DNA of 64,000 nt from an uncultured Gemmatimonadales bacterium (GTDB taxonomy: Bacteria > Gemmatimonadota > Gemmatimonadetes > Gemmatimonadales > GWC2-71-9): positions 6,913 to 70,912 of the forward strand of contig CAWHXS010000003.1 of NCBI GenBank assembly GCA_963833365.1. Reading direction: 5' to 3'. Positions 48,868 through 57,839 of the stretch are shown here, piece after piece (the stretch's first letter is position 1; each line of letters starts with the position of its first letter). A program made the translations under genes and the position numbers. Below the pieces are notes generated by a model that had not been told where the DNA came from, did no database searches, and was given only the letters and a program-made list of their open reading frames with translations.

Positions 48868-49142
48868 ACCTGCGTCACCACCGTATCAATGATGCGAACG
48901 CCATCGACTGCTTCGACGATGCCGTCCGCGGTTCGCAGCATCTCCTCCACGACCCGCCGGTCCGAGCCCACAGCGGCGCAGGCGAGCTCGGCGCGTTGCC
49001 ACAGGTCCTGCGCTCCGACTTCTGCCACCGAGACATTGAGCCGCCTGAGATCCGCCTTCAAGGACTGCAGCACCGACCGCTTGTCCTTGAGCGACTGGCA
49101 GCCCTCGAGATGGAGGATCCAGGTTTGGACGGAAGCGTACAT
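48864..49142 (-). CDS. DUF503 domain protein (YlxP-like)
   Basis: Intact 92-aa ORF (LHLEGCQSLKDKRSVLQSLK...). It has the conserved position between infB and rbfA. Confidence 0.75.
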   Translation of the reverse strand: MYASVQTWILHLEGCQSLKDKRSVLQSLKADLRRLNVSVAEVGAQDLWQRAELACAAVGSDRRVVEEMLRTADGIVEAVDGVRIIDTVVTQV

Positions 49143-49210
49143 GATTGAAAATTGATAATTGAAAATTTCAAATTGAAAATCTTCAATCTGAAATCGTCAA
49201 TCTGAAATCC
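49143..49210. repeat. AT-rich heptamer-repeat spacer between infB and the DUF503 gene
   Basis: The minus strand reads GATTTCA GATTGAC GATTTCA GATTGAA GATTTTCA ATTTGAA ATTTTCA ATTATCA ATTTTCA ATC-ATG. It contains the 18-mer AAATCTTCAATCTGAAAT (49177-49194), identical to 41088-41105. Confidence 0.85.
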
Positions 49211-51970
49211 TCAGCCTGTCCCCGACCCCGCCGCGCTTCCGGCCAGGGTCCGCTTCACTTCCTCCACCCGGTAGCTCTCGATCATGTCGCCGACCTTGAG
49301 GTCGTTGAAATTCTCGATGCCGATACCGCACTCGAGTCCTTCGCGCACTTCCTTCACGTCATCCTTGAAGCGCTTGAGGCTCGAGATATTGCCGTCGTAG
49401 GTCTGGACTCCATCGCGCACCACGCGGACCCGCCCGGTGCGCTGGATGGTCCCGTTCTTCACCATGCAGCCCGCGATGGTGCCGACCTTGCTCACCTTGA
49501 AGAGCTGCAGGACCTGGGCGTCGCCCAGAACGGTTTCCTTCGACTCGGGCTTGAGCAGGCCTTCGAGCGCGGCGCGGACGTCGTCCACCGCCTCGTAGAT
49601 GATCCGGTAGGTGCGGATATCCACCGACTCGCGCTCCGCGGCGGCTCGCGCGCCCGCGTCGGGGCGCACGTGAAAGCCGATCACGATGGCACCGGACGCC
49701 TTCGCGAGGAGCACATCGCTTTCGCTGATGGAGCCGACGCCCCGGAGAACGATGTCCACCCGCACTTCACCCGTGCTCAGCTGGGCCAGCGCGTCGGCCA
49801 GCGCCTCGGCCGGGCCGCCCTGGTCGGCCTTGATGATGAGCCGCAACGCGCCGATCTGCCCCTGAGCCAGCTGGCGGGAGAGGTCCTCGAGAGTGCCACC
49901 GCGCGTGGTGCGGCGGTTCTGGGCCTCGCGATCGAGCCGCTGCCGCTTCTGCGCGATCTCTCTCGCCTCGACCGCGTCTGCCACCACCAGGAAGGTGTCA
50001 CCCGGGGACGGAGTGCCCTCGAACCCCAGGATCTGCACCGGAATCGAAGGGCCGGCCTCCTTGATGTTCTTGCCGCGTTCGTCGAACAGCGCCTTGACTC
50101 GGCCGGAGAATTTGCCGCTGATGAAGTTGTCGCTCACCCGCAGAGTGCCGCGCTGCACCAGGATGGTGGCAAGCGGTCCCTTGCCCGGGTCCAGAGTAGC
50201 CTCGATGACCGCGCCGGACGCCGCGCGATCGGGATTGGCGCGCAGATCGAGGATTTCCGCCTGCAGCAGGATCTGCTCGAGGAGCTTGTCTATCCCGGTC
50301 CCCTTTTTCGCCGAGATCGGGGTGGCCAGCACGGTGCCGCCGAACTCCTCAAGCACCACGTTGTGCGACAACAGGTCCTGCTTGACCTTTTGCACGTTGG
50401 CGGCGGGGAGGTCGATCTTATTGATCGCGACGATCAGCGGTACGCCGGCGTTCTTGGCGTGGCTGATCGCCTCGACCGTCTGCGGCATGACCGCGTCTTC
50501 GGCCGAGACGACGAGGACTACGATGTCGGTCACCTGCGCACCGCGGGCCCGCATTGCGGTGAAGGCCTGGTGACCCGGCGTGTCGAGGAAGGTGATTTCC
50601 CTGCCGCTGGGCAAGGTGACGTGATAGGCACCGATGTGCTGGGTGATTCCGCCCGCTTCACCAGCCACGACGTTCGCCTTCCGGATGTAGTCCAGAAGCG
50701 AGGTCTTGCCGTGGTCGACGTGGCCCATGATGGTGACCACCGGCGGCCGCGGCTGGGTGACCTCGTCTTCTTCGCTCTGCCCCTGTTCGGTCGCGATATC
50801 GGCCGCGTATTCCTCTTCCTTGACGGCCTGGAAGCCGAACTCCGAGGCGATCAACTCGATCTGGTCGAAGTCGAGGCGCTGGTTCACCGTGACCATGAGT
50901 CCCAGCTCCTTGAACGCGAGCTGTACGATCTGGGTCGCGGGCACTTTCATCAGGTCGGCCAGCTCGGACACCGAGATGAACTCGTTGACCCTGACCCGAG
51001 TCTTCTCCCGTTCCTTCTCTTCGGCAGCGCGAGCTGCCTGCTCCTGGTAGCCGGTCATATCGCGGCCGCGGCCCTTCCGGCCCACTCCGCCGCGCATCCC
51101 CTGCAGCGTCTTCAGGATGTTCGCCTGCACCGCTTCCTGGTCCACGGAAGACTTACGACCCTTCTTCCCCTTCTTGCGTCCGCCGCCCTTCTCAGCGTCG
51201 GGGCCGAAATTGCGACCCCGCTCACCGGTGGCAGGACCACCGGGGACGCTCGGACCACGCGGACCGCCACCTGGACCGGAACTGCGCTGACCCGGAGCCG
51301 GCGGGGCGCTGCTGCTGAATACGGGACGGGGACGCGACGGACCTGTGGGACGACCGCCTTGAGGCGCAGCCGGCCGCGGAACGCGGGTTGGAATTACAGG
51401 AGTCCGACCGGGCACCGACGGACGCGGCGGCGAGGGCGGAGATTCAGCCGGACGCGAAACCGGCGGGAACGGTGAAGCCGCGACCGACTCGGTCGCAGTT
51501 GGAGCTTCCGACTCGCCAGTTTCTCCTGCTGACGGAGGCAGATCCTTGAAGAGGGCCTTCGCGCGCTCTTCCAGCGAAGCGGGCAACCCGGTCTCGACGG
51601 GGCGCTCGATCGGACGAATCAGGTCCATGGCCAGCGCCTCGGCAGCGCGCTCGGCTTCGGCCTGCGCCTCCGACTGAGCGACCTCGGCCGCGGTGCGACG
51701 ACGCTTGGTCGGCTTCCCGCTCTCCACGACCGGCTCGGGTGGGGCGGCCGCTTTGGCAGCCTTGCGGCGGCCCTTCTTCGGCGCCGGCTCATCGGCCGCT
51801 TTCCGCTTCTCGCGCTCCCAGCGCACCCGTACCGCGGACACCTGCCCATCCTCCAGCCCCGACATGTGGCTGCGCACGAAGACGCCCATGTCCTTGAGCA
51901 TCCCCATTACCTGTTCTGCCGAGACCCCGAACTCCGCCGCGAGGTCGTGCACTCTGGTCTTGACCATCAA
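49211..51970 (-). CDS. infB: translation initiation factor IF-2
   Basis: Intact 919-aa ORF. A Pro/Arg/Ala-rich N-terminal region is followed by the GTPase motifs VTIMGHVDHGKTSLLD, DTPGH and NKID. Confidence 0.95.
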   Translation of the reverse strand: MMVKTRVHDLAAEFGVSAEQVMGMLKDMGVFVRSHMSGLEDGQVSAVRVRWEREKRKAADEPAPKKGRRKAAKAAAPPEPVVESGKPTKRRRTAAEVAQSEAQAEAERAAEALAMDLIRPIERPVETGLPASLEERAKALFKDLPPSAGETGESEAPTATESVAASPFPPVSRPAESPPSPPRPSVPGRTPVIPTRVPRPAAPQGGRPTGPSRPRPVFSSSAPPAPGQRSSGPGGGPRGPSVPGGPATGERGRNFGPDAEKGGGRKKGKKGRKSSVDQEAVQANILKTLQGMRGGVGRKGRGRDMTGYQEQAARAAEEKEREKTRVRVNEFISVSELADLMKVPATQIVQLAFKELGLMVTVNQRLDFDQIELIASEFGFQAVKEEEYAADIATEQGQSEEDEVTQPRPPVVTIMGHVDHGKTSLLDYIRKANVVAGEAGGITQHIGAYHVTLPSGREITFLDTPGHQAFTAMRARGAQVTDIVVLVVSAEDAVMPQTVEAISHAKNAGVPLIVAINKIDLPAANVQKVKQDLLSHNVVLEEFGGTVLATPISAKKGTGIDKLLEQILLQAEILDLRANPDRAASGAVIEATLDPGKGPLATILVQRGTLRVSDNFISGKFSGRVKALFDERGKNIKEAGPSIPVQILGFEGTPSPGDTFLVVADAVEAREIAQKRQRLDREAQNRRTTRGGTLEDLSRQLAQGQIGALRLIIKADQGGPAEALADALAQLSTGEVRVDIVLRGVGSISESDVLLAKASGAIVIGFHVRPDAGARAAAERESVDIRTYRIIYEAVDDVRAALEGLLKPESKETVLGDAQVLQLFKVSKVGTIAGCMVKNGTIQRTGRVRVVRDGVQTYDGNISSLKRFKDDVKEVREGLECGIGIENFNDLKVGDMIESYRVEEVKRTLAGSAAGSGTG

Positions 51971-52236
51971 ACCTCCGTCTGGAACGAGCTGCCACTCGCG
52001 GCTGCGAGTCCACGAGCCAGCGCTCGATCTACCACTCCTGCCACCATGATTCCCGGCTTCCCCAATTGCCGGCCGATCTCACCGGCCGCGGGACCGCGAA
52101 AAAGCGGAACCCTCCGGGCGGTTGCCAGCCGGACCACCTTTTCCATCGCTCGCGGGCTCGCATCCGATGCCAGCACCAGACAGGCGAACCGGTCGGCCTG
52201 GAGTCCAGCCCGCACTCGATCGACCCCAATCACCAC
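51967..52236 (-). CDS. L7Ae/YlxQ-like RNA-binding protein
   Basis: Intact 89-aa ORF (LVLASDASPRAMEKVVRLATARRVPLF...ELG..LGKPGIMVAGVVD). It lies between nusA and infB. A 7-bp hairpin GGCCTCG-AAAGC-CGAGGCC sits at 52243-52261 in the nusA-ylxQ spacer. Confidence 0.6.
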   Translation of the reverse strand: MVIGVDRVRAGLQADRFACLVLASDASPRAMEKVVRLATARRVPLFRGPAAGEIGRQLGKPGIMVAGVVDRALARGLAAASGSSFQTEV

Positions 52237-52279
52237 CTTGCGGCCTCGAAAGCCGAGGCCCAGGAGGCGTAGGAGCCGA

Positions 52280-53599
52280 TCAGGATCCGCCGCGGCCGTC
52301 GTCGCTGTCCTCGTCGGTCAGTTCGGCGAGCAGCGCCATCAGCTGATCGGCCCGCTCCTGGGTCATGCCGGGCAGCTGCGCCACCTCGTCCCGCTCGAGA
52401 TCGAGTACGTCGTTCAGGGTCTGGTACCCGGCACTGTTCAGGATGGCGAGCAGCTCGGGAGAAAGACCCTTCAGTTCCGTCAGCGGCACCTGGGTGACCG
52501 ACTCGTCTTCCGGCGGGAGCGGGGCGAACAGCGGGCCCTCTCCACCACGCTCCAGCCATTCGCGGCTGGAGTAGAGATCGATCTTCCACCCGGTCAGCTC
52601 AGAGGCGAGGCGCACGTTCTGCCCGTTGCGGCCGATCGCCAGCGACAGCTGATCCTCGTCAACCACCGCCTGGATCGTCTTGCTCTCCGGATCGGAGAAC
52701 ACTTTCGCCACCCGGGCCGGAGCCAGCGCCAGTCGCGCGAAGCGCTCCGGATCGGGAGACCACGGCACGATGTCGATGCGCTCGCCACCCAGCTCGTTCA
52801 CCACGGCCTGTACCCGGGAACCCTTGAGCCCCACGCAGGCGCCGACCGGATCGATGGCGTCATCGCGGGAGATAACCGCGATCTTGGTACGACTGCCGAC
52901 CTCGCGGGCCCAGGCCCGGATGTCGACTACGCCCTGCTGAATTTCGGGGACTTCCAGCTTGAACAGCGCCTTCACGAAGAGCGGATCGGCCCGGGAGAGA
53001 ATGAGCCGCGGCCCCTTGGGGGTTTCCTCGAGCCGCTTCAGCACGGCGCGGATGGTGTCGCCCTGGTGGAACTTCTCCCGGTGATTCTGTTCCCGGTACG
53101 GAATGATGGCTTCCGCCTCGCGAAACTTGTTGAGCATGATCACCAGCTTGCCGCGCTCGATCTGCTGGACCTCTCCCGAAAGCAGCTCGCCGACCTTGCC
53201 GGCAAACTCTTCGCGGATCCGGGTACGCTCGCCTTCACGCACCCGCTGGATGATCCGCTGCTTGGCCGCCTGTACTGCGAGCCGGCCGAACTCCGCGAAG
53301 GGCACATCCTCTTCCAGCTGGTCGCCGGGGGCGAAATCGGGGTCCTCGTACTGGGCTTCCTCGAGGGAGACCTGGGCGCTCGAATCCTCGACCGCCTCCA
53401 CCACCTGTCTCAGGCGGACGATGCGAATCGTGCCTTTGAGCTCATCGAAGCTGAGCTCGAAGCGGACATTGGGGCCGTAACGCCGGACCAGTGCCGCGTG
53501 AATACCGTCGCGCAGCAGCTCCAGCAGCTCGTTGCGGTCGAGCTGTTTGGTGGTCGATAACTCGCGAATTGCGGCCAGGACTTCTGCCGAAGCGGACAT
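52280..53599 (-). CDS. nusA: transcription termination/antitermination factor NusA
   Basis: Intact 439-aa ORF with S1 and KH regions (GEVQQIERGKLVIML, ACVGLKGSRVQAVVNELGGERIDIV, AIGRNGQNVRLASELTGWKIDL) and C-terminal HhH repeats. Confidence 0.95.
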   Translation of the reverse strand: MSASAEVLAAIRELSTTKQLDRNELLELLRDGIHAALVRRYGPNVRFELSFDELKGTIRIVRLRQVVEAVEDSSAQVSLEEAQYEDPDFAPGDQLEEDVPFAEFGRLAVQAAKQRIIQRVREGERTRIREEFAGKVGELLSGEVQQIERGKLVIMLNKFREAEAIIPYREQNHREKFHQGDTIRAVLKRLEETPKGPRLILSRADPLFVKALFKLEVPEIQQGVVDIRAWAREVGSRTKIAVISRDDAIDPVGACVGLKGSRVQAVVNELGGERIDIVPWSPDPERFARLALAPARVAKVFSDPESKTIQAVVDEDQLSLAIGRNGQNVRLASELTGWKIDLYSSREWLERGGEGPLFAPLPPEDESVTQVPLTELKGLSPELLAILNSAGYQTLNDVLDLERDEVAQLPGMTQERADQLMALLAELTDEDSDDGRGGS

Positions 53600-53620
53600 C
53601 CTCTTCTCCCTCTCGCGGCC

Positions 53621-54089
53621 TCAGGAGGCCGAGTCCATCAACAGGGTCGCCTCCTTGAGATTCTCCAACGCGAGCAGATAAGGCTCGCCGTCAGCGAGGC
53701 GAAGCTGGACATGATCATCGTCGGGCACTGCGACTACCATGGCGCGCGGATGCCCGAATAGCCCACGTGCCTTCAGCTCGTACTTCCCGGCCCAGGTAAC
53801 GCCGCCAGTGTTCGACGAAACGGACCGGTCGCTCGAACCCCGGCGAGGAAGCCTGCACCAGATAACGGGCGCCAGGCTGGGCCTCCGCCTCGAGCACGCG
53901 TGCCAGGGAACGGCTCACCTGGACGCAATCCTCGGCGGTCACGCCGTGCCCGGGTGTGCTATCCGGGCGATCAATCCTGACCTGAATCAGGGGGCGCTGC
54001 GGCGGGCCGCTCAGGTGGAATTCGATCAACTCGAACCCCATGGCGGCGACGTGGCGGCGGACCGGGTCGAGCAGTGGCTGGGAAGGCAT
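53621..54089 (-). CDS. rimP: ribosome maturation factor RimP; one frame break near 53775
   Basis: ORF 53715..54089 (MGFELIEFHLSG...YLVQASSPGFERPVRFVEHWRRYLGR) then shifts. The hand-translated continuation is KYELKARGLFGHPRAMVVAVPDDDHVQLRLADGEPYLLALENLKEATLLMDSAS* (TGA 53621-53623). Confidence 0.8.
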
Positions 54090-54099
54090 CAGGACTTAG

Positions 54100-54126
54100 A
54101 AAAAAAATGTGGGGGAACTCCCCCAC
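54100..54126 (-). terminator. intrinsic terminator/attenuator in the rimP-nusA-infB leader
   Basis: The minus strand reads GTGGGGG-AGTT-CCCCCAC followed by ATTTTTTTT. This is a 7-bp GC stem with a 4-nt loop and a T8 tract. It ends 10 nt before the rimP ATG (54089). Confidence 0.75.
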
Positions 54127-54169
54127 TCGTCCTGCGACCCCCGCTCGGAGATCCCCGAACAGCGGCGTA

Positions 54170-54198
54170 AGTCTAGTGTCGGAGTGTGGATTCGTCAA
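54170..54198 (-). promoter_or_regulatory. sigma70-type promoter candidate for rimP-nusA-infB
   Basis: The minus strand reads TTGACG - 17 nt (AATCCACACTCCGACAC) - TAGACT. The predicted TSS near 54163 gives a leader of about 73 nt that contains the terminator hairpin. Confidence 0.5.
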
Positions 54199-54237
54199 TT
54201 GCGACGGGGCGTGTGGCGGCAGTCTAGAGCAGGTAAT

Positions 54238-54294
54238 AGGTAGTGGGTGGTGGGTGGTGGGGCCCCACTCCCTACCACCCACTCCCTACTACCT
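54238..54294. repeat. G-rich/C-rich inverted array hairpin (GGTGGGT / ACCCACC units)
   Basis: AGGTAGTGGGTGGTGGGTGGTGGGG-CCCCACTCCCTACCACCCACTCCCTACTACCT. It lies 3' of the pgeF stop (54319) and 5' of the rimP promoter. Confidence 0.8.
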
Positions 54295-54318
54295 AAATCC
54301 GTACCGATGGGACCGCAG

Positions 54319-55045
54319 TTAGGGGCTTGTCGGCATCCCCAAATACGCGACCATTCGCCCATCGGCTCCGCCGGACCGGCGGTGACTGTAGAAGTGCCGG
54401 GCGTCGTGTGCGGAGCACCATTCGGAAACCGACACGGAGCCGATCCCCAGCAGTGCCGCCTGCTCGGCCAGGACCGAGCGCAGGTCCAAATGCCATGGCC
54501 CGGAACCTTCCGCTGCTTTTCCACAGCCTTCCATGACTTCAGAACCTACTTCATAGCAGTTGCCACAAATCCCTACACCACAGTGCATTACAAGATCAGC
54601 CGGGTCAGATCCAACGGCTTCACCCAAGGTCTCTACTCCCTGCGCGAGGATACGACCAGCGGTTCCCCGCCAACCGGCGTGCAGGAGAGCCAACGGCCTT
54701 CTTCACGGGATCCAGGAGGTAGACAGGGATGCAGTCGGCGACGGTGACGGTAAGCAGAATGCCCTTGGTTGACGTCGCGTGACCGTCCAGACCCTCGAGC
54801 TGAATCCAACCTTTGCCCGAAGCGTGGAATTGGACGGCCGCCTGATGCACCTGATTCCCCAGCACCGTCGCATCGAAGCCGGGCTCCGCCCACCTGAATG
54901 CCCTCCACCGTGTCATCACGTCGTGCACCGGTGCATCGGTCCAGAGGCCGAGGTCGAATCCCCTGCCTTCCTCGCTGCCCCGCCCGGTGATTCCGGCAAC
55001 GACCCCGAATCGCTCCCGCCAATCCGGGATGGCAAACCTCGGCAC
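54319..55045 (-). CDS. pgeF: peptidoglycan editing factor PgeF / YfiH (DUF152, laccase-domain) family; one frame break near 54695
   Basis: Contains FGVVAGITGRG...VLGNQVHQAAV...DGHATSTKGILLTVTVADCIPVYLLDP, then ALLHAGWRGTAGRIL...HCGVGICGNCYEVG...CSAHDARHFYSHRR. The start was set at GTG 55045, after the murA stop. Confidence 0.75.
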
Positions 55046-55106
55046 CGTGCCCTCGACCGGTTCTTCCCGCCGTGCTCGGTACTCGGTACCAGGTACTCCG
55101 TACTCC

Positions 55107-56394
55107 TTATTCAAATCGCTCAATCTCTGCCCCAAGGGCTCGGAGCCGGGAATCGATCTGCTCGTACCCCCGCTCGATCTGGCCAACGTTGTGAATGGTG
55201 CTGGTTCCTTCGGCGGCCAGAGCGGCGAGCAGCATGGCCATGCCGGCGCGAATGTCGGGAGACTCCACGGTGCCGCCACGGAGCTGGGACGGCCCCGACA
55301 CCACGAGGCGATGGGGATCGCAGAGGACGATCCGGGCACCCATTCCGATGAGCTTGTCCACGAAGAACAGCCGCGACTCGAACATCTTCTCGAAGATCAG
55401 CACCATTCCTTCGCATTGGGTGGCGGTCACCACGGCGATGGACATCGCGTCCGCGGGGAACGCGGGCCAGGGGCCATCTTCGAGCTTGGGGACATGGCCT
55501 CCCAGGTCGGGGCGGATCCGGCGCTCTTGCCCGGAGTCAACGACCAGCCGTTGCCCGTCCACCCGCGGGCGGACGCCCAGCCGCTCGAAGCCGAGCAGGG
55601 TGCTGCGCAGATCGTCGGACCGGACGCCTTCGATCGTGATCGCTCCGTCGGTGACTGCTGCAAGCCCGATGAAGCTCGCGATTTCGATGTGATCGGGGCC
55701 AATGGTGAATTCGCACCCGCCAAGAGGGCGACCGCCCTCGATGGTGTAGACGTTGGTGCCGATTCCTTCGATCGACGCGCCCATCGCGATGAGGCAGTCG
55801 CGCCACGTCCTGCACGTGCGGTTCGGCGGCGGCATTGCGAAGGACCGTACGGCCGTGCGCCATGACCGCGGCAAGCATCGCGTTCTCGGTTCCGGTTACG
55901 CTCGGCTCGTCCAGGAAGATTTCGGCGCCTGTCAGTCTCTTGCTTTCGATCTTGTAGCTCTCGCCGACTGTCAGCTCCGCGCCCAGCTGCTCGAGCGCGA
56001 GGAAATGGGTATCCACCCGGCGCCGGCCGATGACGTCTCCACCCGGCGGTGGCAAGGTGACCGATCCGAACCGGGCGAGCAGCGGTCCGGCCAGCAGGAT
56101 GGAAGCCCGGATCCGCGCGCAGAGGACAGGATCGAGCGCTTTCGGGCGTACCGCGCGCGCGTCGACTCGCAGCGTGTTGGTTCCGTGCCAGTCGACTTCG
56201 GCGCCGAGATCCACGAGCAGCGCGATCATGGTTTCCACGTCGCGGATTCGGGGCACGTTGTTCAGCGTCACCGGGCCGTCGGCGAGGAGTGTCGCGGTGA
56301 GTGCGGGAAGCGCCGCGTTCTTGTTGCCGGCGGGCAAGACGGTTCCGCGCAGGGGTCGCCCGCCGCGGACCTGGAAGCGTGGAGGCATGGCCAA
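55107..56394 (-). CDS. murA: UDP-N-acetylglucosamine 1-carboxyvinyltransferase; one frame break near 55815
   Basis: The N-terminal half is [26 protein letters not shown]...[16 protein letters not shown]...[30 protein letters not shown]. The C-terminal half, in another frame, is [21 protein letters not shown]...[31 protein letters not shown]. Confidence 0.88.
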
Positions 56395-56444
56395 AGGTCA
56401 CGACGGCCGGTGGCATCGTCAAGCGCCACGGTTATCTTGGGAAG

Positions 56445-56908
56445 ATGTTGCTGCTTCAGGACACCGTGATCACGGTTGCTGGATGGGTCGGGCCCACCAT
56501 CGCGATTTCCCTGGTGATTATTGCGGGCAGCTTCGCCGCGATCGCTCTGGTCGTCGCCGCCACCGCGAAAGCCGCCGCCGGGGCGCTCCAAAACTTGGGA
56601 CGAGCGGTGGAGGACCTTCGCAAGGACCTTGCGCCCGGCGCTCGATTCGGTCCACCTCCTCGGGCGATGAGGCCCGTCAGCTCGCCGCCAAAGTGGGCAA
56701 CGAGGCAGAAGACGTCGTCGAGGCGAGTCGCGCACTGCGGATCAAGGTGAAGGACCGCCTGATCGACCTCGAAGCGGTCTACGACGTACTCGAGAGCGAG
56801 ATCGAGGAAACCGCGCTGGATGTCGCTACGACGCTCCGCAGCTTCCGCACGCGGGCCTCCTGGTACCGCTGGGTGCGCCGCCTGCTCGGCGCGGGTAAAC
56901 ACCGTTGA
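56445..56908 (+). CDS. DUF948-like membrane-anchored coiled-coil protein; two frame breaks (about 56635 and about 56668)
   Basis: ATG 56445 gives MLLLQDTVITVAGWVGPTIAISLVIIAGSFAAIALVV...LRKDLAP. It then continues as ALDSVHLLG and DEARQLAAKVGNEAEDVVEASRAL... in two other frames. Confidence 0.45.
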
Positions 56909-57829
56909 TTCTCCGGCGCTCCGCCTTCCTGTTGGTCTGTTTCGGCCTCGTCACCCTGATCGTCCCGAATCACCTGTACGCCTGGACGCCCGGCACCCAC
57001 ATCTACCTCGGCGAGTCGGTCCTGGCGAACCTGGGGATTCTCCCGTCCGCCAATCGGCGATCTCCTCCGGGCCTTTCCCTTCGATTTTCTTTACGGCAAC
57101 ATCGCGGCGGACACCTCCATCGCGAAGAAGTACGCGCCGGTCGGTCGGCACTGCCACTCCTGGCATGTCGGCCAGCAGATCTATGATCAGGCGAAGATCG
57201 ACGCGCTGCGGGCTTTTGGCCTGGGATATCTCTGCCATCTCGCGGCCGACACCGTGGCGCATAACTACTTTGTGCCCCGCCAGCTCTTGTTGACCAGTAC
57301 GACGAGCGGCTTCGGCCACTCGTACTGGGAGAGCCGCTTCGAGACCCCGCTGGGTGACGAGTTTGCCCGCACGGCCAAGGAGGTGATCCTGCTGGACCAC
57401 ACTCCGGCCGATACCCACCTGGATCAGATTCTCGCCCCGACCATTTTCAGCGTTCGCACCAACCGGCGGCTGTTCCGCGGCATGGTTCACCTCACCGAGT
57501 CGCAGGGATGGCAGCGCGCGTTTCAGGTAGCACAGCAACACAGCCGCTGGGAGCTTGCGTCCGACGACATCGAGCGCCACGTCTCGCTTTCCTTCGACTA
57601 CGTGATGGGAACGCTGGCCGAGCCAGAGGCCGAGTCGCGGCAACTGGATCCCTCCGGCGAAGAGGCGTTGCGGACGGCGAAGCGGCTGCGGAGAGAAGCC
57701 TTGCTCGCCGGGGGATGGAGGGACCCGAAACGGCTTCAGGGCGTTGCCCAGGAGCGATTCGGATTACCGGAACGGAACCCTGATTTCTGGCCAGCCGCCC
57801 GGGTCAAGACGCCCTGGCGCGACAGCTGA
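56905..57829 (+). CDS. zinc-dependent phospholipase C-like family protein; one frame break near 57052
   Basis: A signal/anchor MILRRSAFLLVCFGLVTLIV is followed by WTPGTHIYLGESVL. After the shift it reads IGDLLRAFPFDFLYGNIAADTS...HCHSWH...LCHLAADTVAHNYF. Confidence 0.45.
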
Positions 57830-57839
57830 ATCCTCTCTC

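Noticed and set aside
49670-51475. Very long ORFs antisense to strongly recognisable genes. Examples are 49670..51475 opposite infB, 51866..53560 opposite nusA, 487..1449 opposite hutI, 5091..5912 opposite the GT2 gene, 41527..42375 opposite fhs and 59391..60527 opposite gatB/gatA.
   Set aside because: The opposite strand encodes full-length, motif-rich housekeeping proteins. The antisense products are Arg/Gly/Pro-rich low-complexity strings typical of stop-poor shadow frames in high-GC DNA.
52243-52261. 7-bp hairpin GGCCTCG-AAAGC-CGAGGCC between nusA and the ylxQ-like gene, as a terminator
   Set aside because: No U-tract on the transcribed strand, a short stem, and a location inside a conserved operon. 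It is noted only as a possible minor structure.
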